Source: Geosiphon pyriformis uo1
Lineage: Eukaryota; Fungi; Glomeromycota
Reading direction: 5' to 3'
Assembly (NCBI GenBank): GCA_016748015.1
Contig: JAAOMT010000441.1
Coordinates: forward strand, 248,001-312,000
DNA length: 64,000 nt
A program made the position numbers and the translations under genes. Position 1 is the stretch's first letter. Every line of letters starts with the position of its first letter. Under the pieces are notes generated by a model, which saw only the letters and a program-made list of their open reading frames with translations, was not told the origin of the DNA and made no database searches. This document shows positions 27,110 through 41,686 of the stretch, piece after piece.

Positions 27110-28492
27110 TCAATTGGACATGTTGTTGTCAATAATAATAATTGGTTCCAGATCTTGTGGAATCACATCTTATTGGACTAGTATTTTCTGTACTCCTAAT
27201 TGTGGAATATTACTGGTAGATGATGATACTGTATGGTGGTATGGTTTCAGTTGATCTCCATGTACTGCTTTGGTCAAGATTTTGTTATTCAATCTTAATT
27301 TGTAAGCTCCATTTCCTAAAATTTTTTCTATGTGAAATGGTCTGTCCCATTTGAGGTCAAATTTTCTACTCCATTGTTTTTCCACTTTGGTACGATGTAG
27401 TAATACTTTGTCTCCAAATCTAAATTCAACTGGTTTATCTGATAGTTGGTTATCATGTTTTTTTTTTTGTTTCTCTTGTGACCTTTGTATATTATCAGCT
27501 GCTCTTTGTCATTTGTTTTCTAATGTTTCTATTAAATCATATGTTCTTCTCAACAATGTGTTTTTGAAATTCTCTTCTGTTATTGGTTTGGTTGAGTATG
27601 TGCTGACTTTTATTTCCACTGGTAATGTTGCTGTTCTACCATATACTAATTCAAATGGTGTTGCTTGTGTAGTATCTTGCTTCATTGTTTAATAAGCAAA
27701 TAATACTGATGATATTAACAAATTCCAATCGTTCTGGTTTTTTTGGCTGAGTTTAGCTATTGCTTCACACAATGTTCTGTTGAATCTTTCGACTAATCTG
27801 TTGGTTTGTAAATGGTATAATAATGATAGTGGTCTCTTAATTCCGAATCTTTGGCTTAATTTTGCTAATGTTCTGTTCACAAAATAAGTTCCTTGGTCTG
27901 AAAGTAATTCTTTTGGACATCTGTATTGACAGATCAAATCTTGATGAATGAATTCGGCAACGGATTCTGCATTTGCTCTTTGAATTGCTTTCGTTTCTGG
28001 CTATTTAGTGAGATAGTCCATGGCTACTGCTATGTACCTGTTTCCTCTGCTGGTGATTGTTAATGATCTGACTAAATCAATTCCAATACGGTCGAATGGT
28101 TGTCCCACTTTGATTGGTTTTAATGGTTTACTGAGTTTTATATCTCCTCTTTGCTGACAAGCATCACAATTTTGAACATATTAAATAATGTCTGGATATA
28201 TTAATGGCCAATAGTATCTTTTTCTGGTTTTTTCCATGGTTGCTTCTTTGTGAAAGTGTTCTGCTGTTGGATTTGAGTGCATGTTGAATAATATTGTCTC
28301 TTTTTCTGGTTTTGTAATTACTCTGGTTGGTTGCTCTAGATCTCTTCTATTTTTCCGATACAGTATATTTTGGTAAGTGATAAAATATTTTGCTTGTTGT
28401 TTAATACTCTTTTGTTCTATTTGAGATAAATTCTCCTTGAACCGTTGAGTGTTTATATAATGTTGCAGTTGTTGATATTTTTGTATGTTCAT
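27110..28492 (-). pseudogene. Integrase ORF of C1 with GPY/F module
   Basis: Own ATG (MNIQKYQQ), HHCC, D-D-E core, KWDRPFHI...GNGAYKL. Confidence 0.92.
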
Positions 28493-28554
28493 TTTTTGTT
28501 ATATTTTTTATTGGTATTGTTCTGGTTTTGTTATATTTTTGGGTTGAAATGTTC

Positions 28555-31500
28555 TTAGATTTGTTTTATTTGTGACAAACTATTAGCATTTTCATTGTCT
28601 TTTCTTTTTTTATAATGTATAGTATAATTATATGGTGCAAATGCCATTTTCTATTTTGACTGTCTTCTATCTCCAAATTCTTGTTTTTGAAGTGATATTA
28701 ATCCTTTGTGATCTGTGTATATTTCAAACTTCTGGCTTAAGTATTCTTTCCATTTCATGATTGTCTAGTATATTGCTAAGTGTTCTTGTTCTGGTGTTTC
28801 ATAGTTTTTTTTGGCTGGTGTTAAACCTCTGCTAGCATATACTACTGGATGTTCTCTGCCATCTGGTTTTCTCTGAAATAATACTGTTTTTAATGCTTGG
28901 CCAGATGCATTGGTGGTGATGATAAATGGTTTGCTGTGATCTGGATAGATCAGTACTAGAGCTTGAATGAGCTTTCTTTTCAGAATATCAAAAGCTTTTT
29001 GTTGACTTTCTGTTCATTCATATTTTGTATTCTTGGTTTGCAGTTGGTTGAATGGCTGCACTATCTTGGAAAAGTTTTTGATAAATTGTCGATAGTAGTT
29101 GGCAAATCCCAAGAATAATTTCAGTTCTATCATATTGGTCAGCACTGGAAAGTTCTTTACTATCTCTATTTTCTCTGGATCCGTTTTGATGCCATCTTTG
29201 TTGACTATATGTTCCAAGAATTTTAGTTTTGTCTTGTCAAAGAAGCATTTGGTTGCATTTAACTTCAATCCTGCTCATCGTAATCTTTTAAATACTTGTT
29301 GGAGATGGTAAAGATGATCATCAAATATCCTTGAGAATACATTGGTGTCATCTAAGTATATAACTACTGATTTCCACAATAAGCCAGTGTAAACAATTTC
29401 TATTAGCTGTTGAAAAGTTGCTGGGGCATTGGTTAAGCCAAAGGGCATTACTGCAAATTCAAAATTCCCTTTTCTTGTGATAAATGCCATTTTTTCTTTG
29501 TTGGCTGGATCCATGGCTACTTGCCAGTAACCACTGTTCAGGTCTAATGTTGAAAACCATTGGTTTCCACCAAAAGCGTTGAATAATTCTTGGATCTGTG
29601 GAGTAGAATAGCTATCTTCACGAGTTATTCCATTAAGTTTTCTATAATCTACACAAAAGTGAATTTTCCTATTCTTTTTCTGAACAAGTATCACTGGTGA
29701 TAACCATGGGCTCATTGATGACTGAATTAGTCTGTTGTCAAGCATTCAGTTTATCTCTTGACAGATAATCTCGTGGCTAGCTGGTGGTACTTTGTATGCT
29801 CTTTGTTTAATTGGCATTGCATCTCCAGTCTTGATCTGATGCTAGATGATGTCAGTTCGGCCAAACTCGTTTTTGCTAGCAAAGATGTCATTGAAATTGT
29901 TGAGCAATATCTTAAGTTGCATATGTTGGAGTGGATCTAAGTTTCCCATGTTTATTTGTTCCAACTGTTCTGGTTAGAGCAAATAATATTCACTTTGTCC
30001 ATATATCATTTGTGATGTGATATTGACATATTCACAAAGCTGTAGAAAGTCTGGAATGGTGCTTAGTGGTTGATCCTCTATTTTTGTGGTCAAATATCTG
30101 ATGATGGTTTCTTCTGGTATATTGACAATATTTCTGGTATTGTTGTAGATGGAAATTTTGATGTAGTTATAGTTCTTGGCTGGTATGTAGAGATTGATAA
30201 GTCCAACTTCTCCTAATTCACAAAGACTTGTTTCTGCTTCAAAAATTTGTGCTTGGTCTTTTACCTCCCTCTCTATTGTTATCATGTACTGGTCATATGG
30301 TGGAATGGAAATTGTTTGACCAGTTGAGATAATTTCTCCTTGGCCAACAATTTTTTCTTCTGCCATATTGACTGGCACATCTATTCTACCTGTTAATCTG
30401 AATCTCTGTATTCTTCTCGCTGTTATTCCTAATTCCCCTCTTTTTCCCACTGATACTAACTGAGCTACTCTAACCAGAGACAGAAATATTGTCTGTGCTA
30501 TCTTTTTGTTGGGCTCTATTATATAAGCTTTTTCTGAGTCATTTTGTAGCATAGTGATAATATTTCCTACATATTCCGCATTAATTATTCCTTCTCTTAT
30601 ATTAATTCCTCTTTTCGCTAAACTACTTCTAGATGCTAATTGAATCATTGTTGTTGCTGGAATTTTTAGTGCTACTTTTAGATTAATGCAGGTGCGTGAA
30701 TGTAGTTCCAATTTGATGGCCTCTTTTCCTGGATACCTCAGATCAAACCCAGCATCAGTATCATGTACACGTTTAGGCATAATACTCTTATTATTATCAC
30801 TGAACCATTTTAATTCTAATTCTCTGATAAGGTCAAGGATTACAATATATTGTTCGTATTTTGTATTGGAGTTTGAATCTGAGTTGGAATCAGTATCATT
30901 GTTGTTGCCATATTGAATGGAGCTGAAACCGGTGTTTTTGTCATTGTCATTGTTAGAGTTTGAATCGGGATCAAACAGTGATCCTAATTCCGATGCACAG
31001 CTGCTAATTGGTTCCTCTTCCTTTGGAATCATGTAGATTATGTGGATTGGTGGATTGTAAATGAGATCACACTCATTATAATATTAAAAGTTACATGGGA
31101 TCAAACAGTGGTTACATAATCAAGTGTTTAGCTGTGCTAACCACTCTTTTTGTTCTTCTCTTGTGAGTGCTAATTGTTGGTAGTGTTCATGAAATTCCTT
31201 GGGATTGTCCTCAATGTTGTCAAAAATGTCAAACGTTGTAATATATTCTGGCTTTGGGAGGGATAATGAATTGGTTTTGATTTCTCACAACTTGCTGGCT
31301 GTAGCTCCTTCTGCCATTGCATATGCTATTTTCCAGATCTCATGTTTGTTATATGGGTAGCCTTTCAAATATCTTAAGGCTCATTTTCATGTGTTGTCGA
31401 TTGAGATCCTTTTTCATACCCAATTGTTTATTAGGATTGTGTACTGGCATGTTTCATCACATGTTCCTCTTCACCTTGGAATGTCATTCCACATTCCTTT

Positions 31501-34500
31501 GTCTAAAAACATTTCTCCGCATACTAGGCATAGCATATTGTCCCATTTTTCTATTTTTAATGGTCGGCCATTATGTTCAATGATGCATGGGTGACAATAA
31601 TATCGTGTTGCTGTTTACCAGTTTTCATTGTTGCCACAACATACACCCATCATCGACAATTTCTTGCTGCAAGTGATGCATTTGAGTTTAGGTCGATGAT
31701 AGGTGGCCTGAAGTTGTGTAGAATATGGAACATATGTAGGAGTGATAGATTGTGCTGGCTCTTTTTCTTGTTCCTTCCCTTTTCTTTTCTCTTCCCAAGT
31801 CCATTTTGTGGTTGGTTCACTTTGGCTGTTATCATTTCAAGATCTCTGATTTGTTCCTCAGGTAAGTTCTTCTTCCTTTTTCTTTTTTCCTTTGTCATCC
31901 CATGATAGTATAGGTGGTAGTTTGTTGTGATCAGCGTTGGCCCAAGAGACTTGGTAAGCTTCTCAGATAGGTTTTTTTTTGTCTTCTCTAGTTCAATCAA
32001 TAGTTTCTCTCTTAGAAGAGTCTTGAAGTGGCCACACATGGCCGGTACACATATGTGTTGGCCCTGATATGTTAGCTGAAATTCTTGGGTGTTCCAGTTT
32101 AATGTCGCGTTGACTTTAGATAGCCAGTCATTACCAACAAAAGCTTGGTATTGAGTGGCTTCCATCACTAAAACTTTAATGGGAGTTATGATGCCATTGA
32201 CTTCAAAAGGAAAGTCGTCGATTTTGCCAATTGGAGTTTTGGTTGCTCTATCAGCTGTGATGATTCTGGTGCTGGCAGCTCGATCAACTCAGTGACCTAA
32301 TTGATCCATGAGCTGTCTTGTGATAATACTGCCAGCTGATTCACTATCTAGAATGAGTTTGATGAGGTGACCATTAACTCTAGCATCCGTGTACATCACT
32401 GTAATGGGTTTTTCTTCGAGAGCAGCTTTACTAAATAATAGTACCGGTGTGGTTTCTTCGAATTCGAAAGGAAAGATAGCTGTTAGGAATTTGTTGTTGG
32501 AGATGGTTGCTGGTGGAATTGTATTGGTAAGTAATTGCTAATTGAATTCCAGTTTGTTGGATATGGCATCTTTTGGAGTAATCAGGAGACTTAAATAGTG
32601 TTGTGAATTTGGGTTTTGGGCATGACTGGTATCCAAATTCTGTGGATGTGATCCTGATTGTGGGTTTAATGAACTGGGGACTGGTTGATAAACAACCATT
32701 GCTGATCTCCAGTTTTGAGTGACTCTGGATTGAGAGTTGTCTGATGTTATTTGAGCTGGGTTCTGGGATGGTGTTTGAGTTGGTTGGGATTAATAGATGA
32801 TTTGTGGTTGTAGTTGATATATTACTTGTAGCAGCAGTTGATAAATCAGAGTTTGATATACTGGTGTAAGCGTTTGATACATTGGCTGCGTCACTGACAG
32901 GTAAGCGGGTTGATATTGTTCCTAATTTTGTTGATATCTTGGAGTTTGAAATTGGCAATCAGAGTTTCTATATTGATTTCCTAATCAAAGATGGCTATAA
33001 GCATTGCAGTTTGTTCTGATGTGCCCTTGTTTACCACAGTTGTGACAAACACGCGTCTCTGACTGCCACTGTTAATTGGCCAATGTTAAAAGATGCACTT
33101 GATTTTGGGAACAATTGTAGTTTTCTGGATTGCTGCATTGTTGAGGCAGTTGATAAATTGCACAATTGTCAGCTAAGTATCCTTCCAATTTCTGATTAAT
33201 TGAATCACTGAATTGTTTCAATTTGGAGTCCAATTCAGATGATCCATTCATCACTAGGTTGACAGCTTGGGTGTGGTTAGCCTCGAGTTCTGCAGCTTCA
33301 AAATCTCTAGCGTGTGTGACTACAGTTGGTAGGTCGGCTGGGTGCATTGGGCGTACTTGTTGGAGGATGCTGCTGTGCAATTCTCTGATAAACTGATTTA
33401 AAATTTGTGGTGCTGTAAAGTAGTTAGCTTCAATGACCTGAATCTGACGCAGATTTTTATGGAAGTGTTCTAGGTAAGTGGTAACTGCTTTAATGTCTCT
33501 TTGTTCGATGATATTGAAGATATTGGCTAATCTGTTGATGTTATTATTATTGCTGAAATATCTCAAAAACTCGGTTTTGAACTGCTGAAATGTTTGTGGT
33601 GGGGTGACTAAACTCTGATACCATGCATCTGCGGTATCCTGAAGAAAGTAGGGGATCACTTAAAGGGCTCTGGCGTTGTCCCAATTATTGGCGACAATTG
33701 CTTTGACAACATTATTTATCCATGTTTGTGCATCATCTTCATTGCTAGTAAATTTTTTAAGTTTGGCTATAAGTGCATATGTCATTTGTTGCTGTACAGG
33801 TTGTTGAAGTTGTTGTGACAGCAGTTGAAGTGGCTGTTGGGCAGATTGTTGAAGGGATGGTTGATTTGGTTGATGCGGCTGTTAGATGGGTTGGTGTATA
33901 GATTCAGTTATTGGATCAATTGGTGGTTGATCGATGACAATATTCAGAGGTAAGTTATTCTGATTAATTTGTTTAGGGTTTTGTGGTGTTTGAATATTCG
34001 GAGTTGTGTTTTCCAGATTTTCTAAATTTGGGTTTATCGGGATTTGAAAATTCAGGATTTCGAATTCCGAGTTTTCTGAGATCGGGTTTTGGTAGATGAA
34101 TCCTTGATCCTCACTTCCTTCCTCTTCTTCCTCTGATAATTTTCATGGAGTAGTGGCTCCGAAATCTGGTTGGGGTATTGGTGATCAAATTCCTGATGGC
34201 ATTGGGAATTGTGATTTAAATCCTTCAAAATACACTCTGTATGGTCTTAGTAAGTCTTCTTTCTGTTGTTTGCTTTGGAACTAAAATCTTCCCAATGTTG
34301 ATGTCACATTTAAGGTGGATGTATCTGCTGATAAAATGTTGATGGCATTTCTGGGTATGTAGTGATATGATGGAGTGGTTGGTGATTCTACTCTGTGTTT
34401 CTTCCAACTAGATAACTGTATTTCTTTTGGTATTGCTGCTGGTGTTTGTATTTTTCCTTTATCTTTGTTTGCATAGGTAATGGGAAATTGTTGTTGCGTG

Positions 34501-34781
34501 TATCTTTCAATGGTTTGATTAATTTCCCTGATGATTGGGGCGAAACTGTGATTTCTTGGTAAGCTGGTGTGTTGAAATAATTCCATATAAAAATTTTCTC
34601 TTGTTGACTCGATATTAACTGTTCCTCCTAAACAGTCTGTGATTTTATCATTGATGTAATAGTTGAAGGCTGATTTGGCAGGGTAGTGATTATTGTTTAA
34701 TCCTAATAGTTGGCTGTATTATTGAAACAAAGATTTTGCGAATCCTAAGTGGTTGGCTCCTATAATTTCTGATTCTGCCAC
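28555..34781 (-). pseudogene. C1 Gag-PR-Cys-rich-dUTPase-RT-RH polyprotein
   Basis: Gag 33072-33659, CHNCGKQGHIRTNC knuckle ~33005-33046, PR ~32030-32400, dUTPase DAGFDL/SRSS (29974-31032), RT MPFGL/YLDD (29275-29745). Confidence 0.93.
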
Positions 34782-34820
34782 GTTTGGATTTGTGTTGGTG
34801 CTGGTTCTCTATAGGATTAT

Positions 34821-34838
34821 ACCTCACAGGGAGCACCA
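34821..34838 (-). other. Primer binding site TGGTGCTCCCTGTGAGGT (elongator tRNA-Met-like)
   Basis: 18 nt beginning TGG, 2 nt from the LTR. Complement ...CCTCACAGGGAGCACCA resembles eukaryotic elongator tRNA-Met 3' ends. Confidence 0.8.
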
Positions 34839-34840
34839 AA

Positions 34841-35714
34841 TATTACAGGTGATTCTTTGGAGTGTTGAGTGAATAACAAACCCATAACTTGGTGCTCAAG
34901 GCAATTAGTGATGATAACAATCTGAAGGTATTTTATCTGAAGGTTTTCCAATTGAGTTCTTTGTATAATAGACAGAGATTCAATGGTAACAGTTTATCAG
35001 TAATTTCCTGGCACCATAGTTTGCTAATTGCTTGCTCAGCTTAATGGTTGATAATTCTCCTGGTATGATATCTTTTGTAAGTATATACCAGTGTGGTTTT
35101 CTGACATCAGTTCTTTTATAAGTCCTTCAAGAGTAAGTGTTGTTTAAGCAAGTTTATTCCTCCAAGAGTAAATATTTTTTTAGTAAGCTTTATTCCTCTG
35201 TAAGTTCTCCAAGAGTAAATCTTTTAATCAAGTTAGTAGACAACAAAGAAAATAAAGAAAGATAAAGAGAAAATAAGAAATAAGCCAAGGCAATTTGCAA
35301 GTTAGTATCCCATCAATAGCCATGATCAAGAGCTATTGTTCCAGTATAGTTAAGTATCAGTTACCATTAACATGAAGTGTTGATAGTGGAAAATAAATTT
35401 GATATAGTGAATAATTATTTATTTGAGAATTATGATAACTAAGCTAAGAATTCTTGGTGTTGATTCTGTCTTTTTTGCTTCTAATACTACTGCTATATAT
35501 ACATATTTGAGATTCTTTAATTTCTCAATTCTTTGCAACAGGAATTCTGGAATTTTTGGAATCCTGTGATTCCTGATGAGAGGAATCCTTGAATTCTGGA
35601 ATTCTGTGATTCCTTGTTGGAGAATCCTGAAATTCCATATTTATTACGTCTATATCTGATTGGCTAATATCTACTGACTAATAATACTATATTTTCTATA
35701 TTCTATGAGTAACA
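34841..35714 (-). repeat. 5' LTR of C1
   Basis: Repeat of 25489-26413, shorter by one U3 repeat unit and a small U5 deletion. Confidence 0.95.
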
Positions 35715-38700
35715 CTATGATAAGACTGCTCCTAGGGTATTTTTCAAGACATCTGTAGTAACAATGAACCATTTAGTAAAATCCAGGTAAATCAGGATTG
35801 GGAATGTGATTAATTGCTGCTTGAGATAGTCAAATGCCTTCTGTTGATCTTTCTTCTACAAATACAATATATATTTAGACAACAAATGATGGAGTGGTTT
35901 TGTGATGTTTAAGAAATCTTTGACAAATTGATGATAATATCCTGCCAATTCTAGAAATCCTCATAATTCTCTGAGGTTAATTGGGGCTGAAAAATCCTTG
36001 ACTTCTTGGATCTTATCTGAATTAGATTTGACTCCATCTTTGCCAATTACATGTCCTAGGAATTTTAACTCAATTTTTTCAAAGAAGCATTTATCAGGAT
36101 TGAGTTTCAATCTGGCATTACAAAACCATTCAAAAATTTGTTGCAGATGGAGCAAATGATCGTTGAATGTTTCAGAGAAGACATTGGTGTTGTCTAGATA
36201 TACTATGACTGATTTCTACAGGATTCTTTTGTATACAATATCCATGAGGCATTGGAATGTGGCAGGAGCATTGCAGAATCCAAAAGGCATTATTTTAAAC
36301 TTGAAGTTTCTGTCTCAAGTGGTGAACGCTGTTTTTCTTTTGTTTTTGGGATCCATTTCAACTTGCTAATAACCACTTGTTAGATCTAATGATGAGAACC
36401 ATTTCTTTTTTCCTAGATTGTCCAGAATTTTTTGGATGAAGGAAGTGGGATAACTATTTCCTTGAGTGATGCTGTTTAGTTTCCTGTAGTCCACGCAGAA
36501 TCGTACCTTTCCATTTTTCTTAGTAACTAGAACTACTGGAAAGAACCAAGAGCTTAACGATTTTTTGATTAAACTATTGTCAAGCATCTATTGTACTTTT
36601 TGCTTAATTAAGTTATTGCCAGATGGGAGTACTCGGTAAGCTTGTTGCTTGATAGATCGAGCAGCTCCTGTGTTGATTTGATGTTTCACGATGTCAGTAC
36701 ATCTGAACTCATTTTCACTGGCAAAGACATCGGCATATTGATTCAGAAAGACTTTGAGTTGCATCTGTTGCAGGATACTTAAGTTTCCTAAATTCAATTT
36801 ATTGATCTCTTCTAGTGTGAACAGATAACTTTTCTTTGGCAAATTCTATATTTGTAATGTAATGTCACAGAATAAAAACAATTGTGCAAAATCTGGAATA
36901 AACTGGGATTTTTCAGGGTTCTAAATATCTGCGGATATGGAACCGATAAGGGTTCTCTTAGGAATTTCTATAACATCTTCAATTGGATTGTGAATGGGAA
37001 TTTTAAAGTGTTTATGAGCTTTTGCTGGTAGATACAAGTTAGCGACATTGGCTAGAGAGCAAATTTCAGAGTCAGCTTCAAATAGCAGGGCCTGGTCTTG
37101 GATTTTCTGATTCACTTTGAGGAGATATTGTTGATAGAGAGGAATAAAAATGACAGTGTTGGTGTAAATAAGTTCTATCTGGTCACTGTCTTCCTTTACG
37201 AGATTAACTGGTACGTTTCCTCTTCCACTTGATCCAAACCCATTGATTTTTCGGGTGGTAAGGCCTAACTCTTTGCAAGTAGTAATTGAAGCTAATTGTG
37301 GTATTTTCACCAGAGGCAGAAGCTATTTTGTTGTGTAATTCTATTTTGTAGGGTCTGTCTAAATTGTTCTGTAGCATCATGATAATGTTCTCCATGTAAT
37401 CAGCATCGATGATTCTTCCTTTTAGATCAATTTCTTTTTTGGCTAAACTAGATTGAGAGACAACTTGTACTATTGTACTAACAGGAATTTTTAACACTAT
37501 CTTAAAATCTATTTTTACAAGGGAATGTGGGACTATAATGATAGATGATTGTTTGGAGTATTGTAAGTCAAAACCAGCATCAGTGTCATGTGCTCTTTTG
37601 GGGCAGATTCTTTCTTCATTGTCACTGTATTATTTTAGCTCTAGTTTTTTGGATAGGTCAGAATACACAAGATACTGTTCTGTTTTGGTATCCTCAATTG
37701 GATCTTGAAATGACATGTTCTCAGTAATCAATACCTTTTCTTCTTCAGACTCAGATAGTTTGGTAATTGGAAACAGTATTTTTAGAGGCAGATTGAACAT
37801 GAGATCATATTCGTCACAGTACTGGAAGTGACAGGGAATCAAACAGTAATCACACAGCTTGGTATTCAAATCGGCCAACCTTTGCTCTTGTTCTTCATAA
37901 GTTGGGACTAATTCTTGATATCAGTTCTGAAATACATCTGGGTCATCTGTGAAAAAATCATTTGTGGAGTAGTCGGGTCTATTATATTCGGGCATCCAAG
38001 AGTTGTTCTTGATTTTTCATATCTCTTTGGGCATGACACCTTTGGCTTTGACGCTTGCCATTCTCCAGATTTTGTGGTCATCATGTGGATAACTGTCCAA
38101 TTGATTGAGTGCTCATTTCCAGGCATTTTTGATTGGGGTTCCCTTTCATACCCAATCATTGATCAAGATGGTATATTGACATGCTTCATCACATGTTTCT
38201 TCTCTGCCAGATACATCATTTCAGAGTCTTTTATCTGGTAGAATCTCGCTACAGGCAAGGCACAGTGTATTGTCTCATTTATCTTGTTGTTTAAGTCACT
38301 CAAATCTGTCTAGTAAACAAGATCTGTAGTAGTATTTGGTAGTGGTAAGCCATTTTTTATTGTCTTCAATACATGTGTCCATAATGGATAGCTTTTTTCC
38401 ACAATTGACACATATAAGTCTTGGAGGTTGGTAAAATAAGTTTCTTTGGTCTGAGGTTATGTATCCTAGTGATTACAATTGGGATTCTTCTTCTGCTCTG
38501 TCTTTTTTTTTTCTTCTCAGGTTGGTGGTGGAGGTAGTTTAGTTTGATAATCATCCACCCATAAAACCTGATAGATCTCAATAGTTGATGACAGTAGTGT
38601 GTCTTCGAATTCAATAAGTGGTTCTTCAGTACATTGGGTTTTAAAGTGTTCACATGTAGCTGGGACTTGAACATGCTGTCTGTTGAACATGAGTTGAAGT

Positions 38701-41177
38701 TCTTGGGTGTTCCAGTCAAGAGTAGTGTTGGCTTTTGACAACCAATTGTTTTCTACTAAAGCTTAATATTGAGTAGCTTTCATAACAAGTACTTTGATAG
38801 GGATCTGAATTCCATTAATCTTGAAGAGGAAGTTGTCAATTTCTCTTATTGAGGTTTTTGTGTTTTTATCTATTGTAATGATCTGGGCAGTAGCAGCATG
38901 GTCTACTCAGCAACCTAATTGGTTCATGAGCTGCTTCGTGATTATGCTACCAGCTGATCTACTATCCAGGATTAATTTAATATCTATTTCTCCGACTCTG
39001 ACATTGGTGTATAGAGCCATTATTGGTTTATCCTAATTGATGGCTGTTTCACTAAAAAGGCTATGAGTGTTCAAATTATTGATGTCAAAAAAAAATATGG
39101 CAGCTAGAGTAGTGTTTTCAGTAATAGTGGCTGGTGGAATATTGCTTTTTGTTTGCTTGGAAGATTGGAAAATTTGTTTTACATTTTTCCCTTCCACAGG
39201 TGTAAATTTATCAAAATCCTGGTCTTTCATGAGACCAAGATAGAAAGCTTGATTTGGGTATCCAGTTGGTGTTGGTCGAGATTAGATAGAACTGCAAAAA
39301 ATTGGTCAAGATGGTCTACTGTTGGTTTGCACCTAATTGTTGTTGAGATTCCTCCATCCTTGATTATAGTCTATAGCTCAAGGTCTGGATAGGCTGTAAG
39401 AGGAAGTTTGATAGTGAAGGATTGCTTGTGTCATTGGTGGTAATTGATAATAATTCTGGAGTGGTAGTTGAGTGTATAAGACTTGTTGTGCGTATTGGGG
39501 CAGTTGATTCTGAGGTATAGAATATTGGAGTACTATGTTTTGCTGATATCTGAGTTGCTGGTATTGGTTCTCTTGATTTTGGTCCATTATCTTCTTTCTG
39601 TAGTCCCATGCAATGTGTCCAGGTTTCTGGCAATAGTAACAGTTGCAGGAATTGGATCTTCAAGGTTGTTGCTGTTGCTAATGGTTCTGTTGCTGTTGAT
39701 ATCTGCTGTTGTTGTTATTTTCTCTTTGTTGTGGTGGTTAGTATGTTCCTGTAGTTCCAGCTAAGAATCTTTCAATTTTCTGAGTTAGTTTTTTACTCAA
39801 TTAGGTTATTTTTGCATCGATGTCAGAGGTTCTATTAATGGCTAAATTGACAGCTTGGGTATGATTTGCTTCTTGTTCTGCGGACTCAAAATTGCAAGTG
39901 AGAGTGATGGCGTCTTGTAAATTGGTTGGATGGCAGGGTCTTATGGATCTTAGAATACTACTCTGCAATCTTTTAATGAATTGATTAAGAACTTGCACTG
40001 TGGTGTAGTAGTCCCTTTCGATAACTAATATTTGACAAAAGATTTGATTAAATCATCCGAGATAAGTAGTTACTGCTTCGTGATCTTTTTGTTTAATTAT
40101 GTTGAATTGATTCTGCAATCAGATTAATGTATTAAGGTTGCAAAAGTATCATAGAAAGGCGAGCTTAAAGGTATTAAAGTTGGTTGGTTTTTCTGCAAGA
40201 CTTTAATACCATGAGTCTGTGGTTTCGGTTAGAAAGAATGGCAGTGCTTGAATAGCTCTGTTATCATTCCAGTTGTTGGCAGTGATTGCTTTCTTGGCTT
40301 CCACAATTCACAAATACACATTATTTTTTTCCTCCAAGAATTTTTTTAACTTAGCAATATCTTGGTAAGCCATGATCTGGTTGATGGGTAAGGTGTTACT
40401 GGTTATGTTTAAGAGAGTTGGTGTCTGTGTATTCAAGTGTTCTTTGGGTGCTAATGCTGGTTGTTTTCCTTTGTCGCTTGAACCACTAAGTTGTAAGATA
40501 ACTGTTTTTTCTATCAGAGAAGATGCTAATTCTGCTGGGTTTTGTGCTGGTGGTTGTTCCCAAGTTGACATGTTTCCTTCTATTTGACCAGCTGTTGGGG
40601 TAAGATTTCCAAACAGCAATTCATATTCTCCTAGTAATTTGGTCCAACTGTGTTGATTCCAAAGGTGTGAATTTTCAAGAGTTTGTGGTGTTTCCGACTG
40701 GGTTTCCAGGGGTGGATTGAATACAATTCTACTTTAGGGTGTCTAATGATATGATGAAGTTGTTGGAAAGAGGACTCTTGGTTTCTTGTTGACTGTGGAT
40801 TTGTTTTGGGCAGTTGTGGGATTATTGGGTCCATACTCATATTTCTCTGGATTGGATTCTACTGGTTGTTGTACTTGAGGAAATTGTTTTGTCACATAGT
40901 GTTTAATATTTATATTGACTATGCATAGGGTTTCAGTAATTGCTCAAATAGTGGTAGTTGTTAAGTACCTTAGTAAGCTTTGATGGATTTGTTCTTCAAG
41001 TCTTCTTGTGTCTATTGCATGGCCTAGCAAACAGTTAATTTTTGCATTGATATAGTTGCAAAAGTCACTTTTTGTGATGGTGATTTCTGCTGGTATTCCT
41101 AGATCTTTTCGAAAGTATTGAAATAGTGCTCTTCTGTATGAGAAGTGGTCCTTTTTTATTGTTCCAATAGTTGCCAC
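35715..41177 (-). pseudogene. D1 Gag-PR-Cys-rich-dUTPase-RT-RH polyprotein (5' part)
   Basis: Gag 39801-40373, PR LILDS ~38960, Cys-rich LCDYCLIPC 37630-37878, dUTPase 37204-37600, RT 35961-36842. Confidence 0.9.
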
Positions 41178-41238
41178 TTTTGTGTATTTCTGGGGTGCTC
41201 TGTTTCTGTGGATTTATAACCTCACAGAAAGCACCAAA

Positions 41239-41639
41239 TATTATGGGTAAACTTGGTGGATATAGGAAATAGTAACATTTGGTGCTCTCAATTATTGATA
41301 ATGCATCTTCCGTGTAATTCTGTTGGCTTAGTCTTGATTATCAATCTCTGAAGGTTTATTCCTAGATGTGATTTTATCTGTTGAGTTCTTTGGTTATAAA
41401 GCACAGAGTTTGTCTTTCATCAATTGTAATATTTTCTGTAAATATAAGCTTTTTTCTCCAAACTAACGAGTGCAGTTGTTAGAGTCTGGCATTGTTTTTT
41501 TGTCTTTCTAATAAGCTAACAAGATAATGTTAATATCCAAAACTTAGGGAGAGCTTTCCTCTTTTACCAGGCTATCACAAAGTCTATTCTCAGATAGTCA
41601 ATTTTACTATGTTGTTGCTCCACAAAAAAAATAAAAAAG

Positions 41640-41686
<47 letters not shown>

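Larger units (their letters stand above)
25489..35714 (-). mobile_element. Full-length Ty3/Gypsy element C1 nested in D1 RNase H
   Basis: LTRs 25489-26413 and 34841-35714; TSD CTGT/CTAT; PBS 34821-34838; PPT complement 26417-26428. Confidence 0.95.

Noticed and set aside
41624-41685. Long poly(A) as a retroposon tail
   Set aside because: Aligns with the AAAAG tract in the sister LTRs (23437-23473, 63255-63315); G>A decay or homopolymer error explains it.
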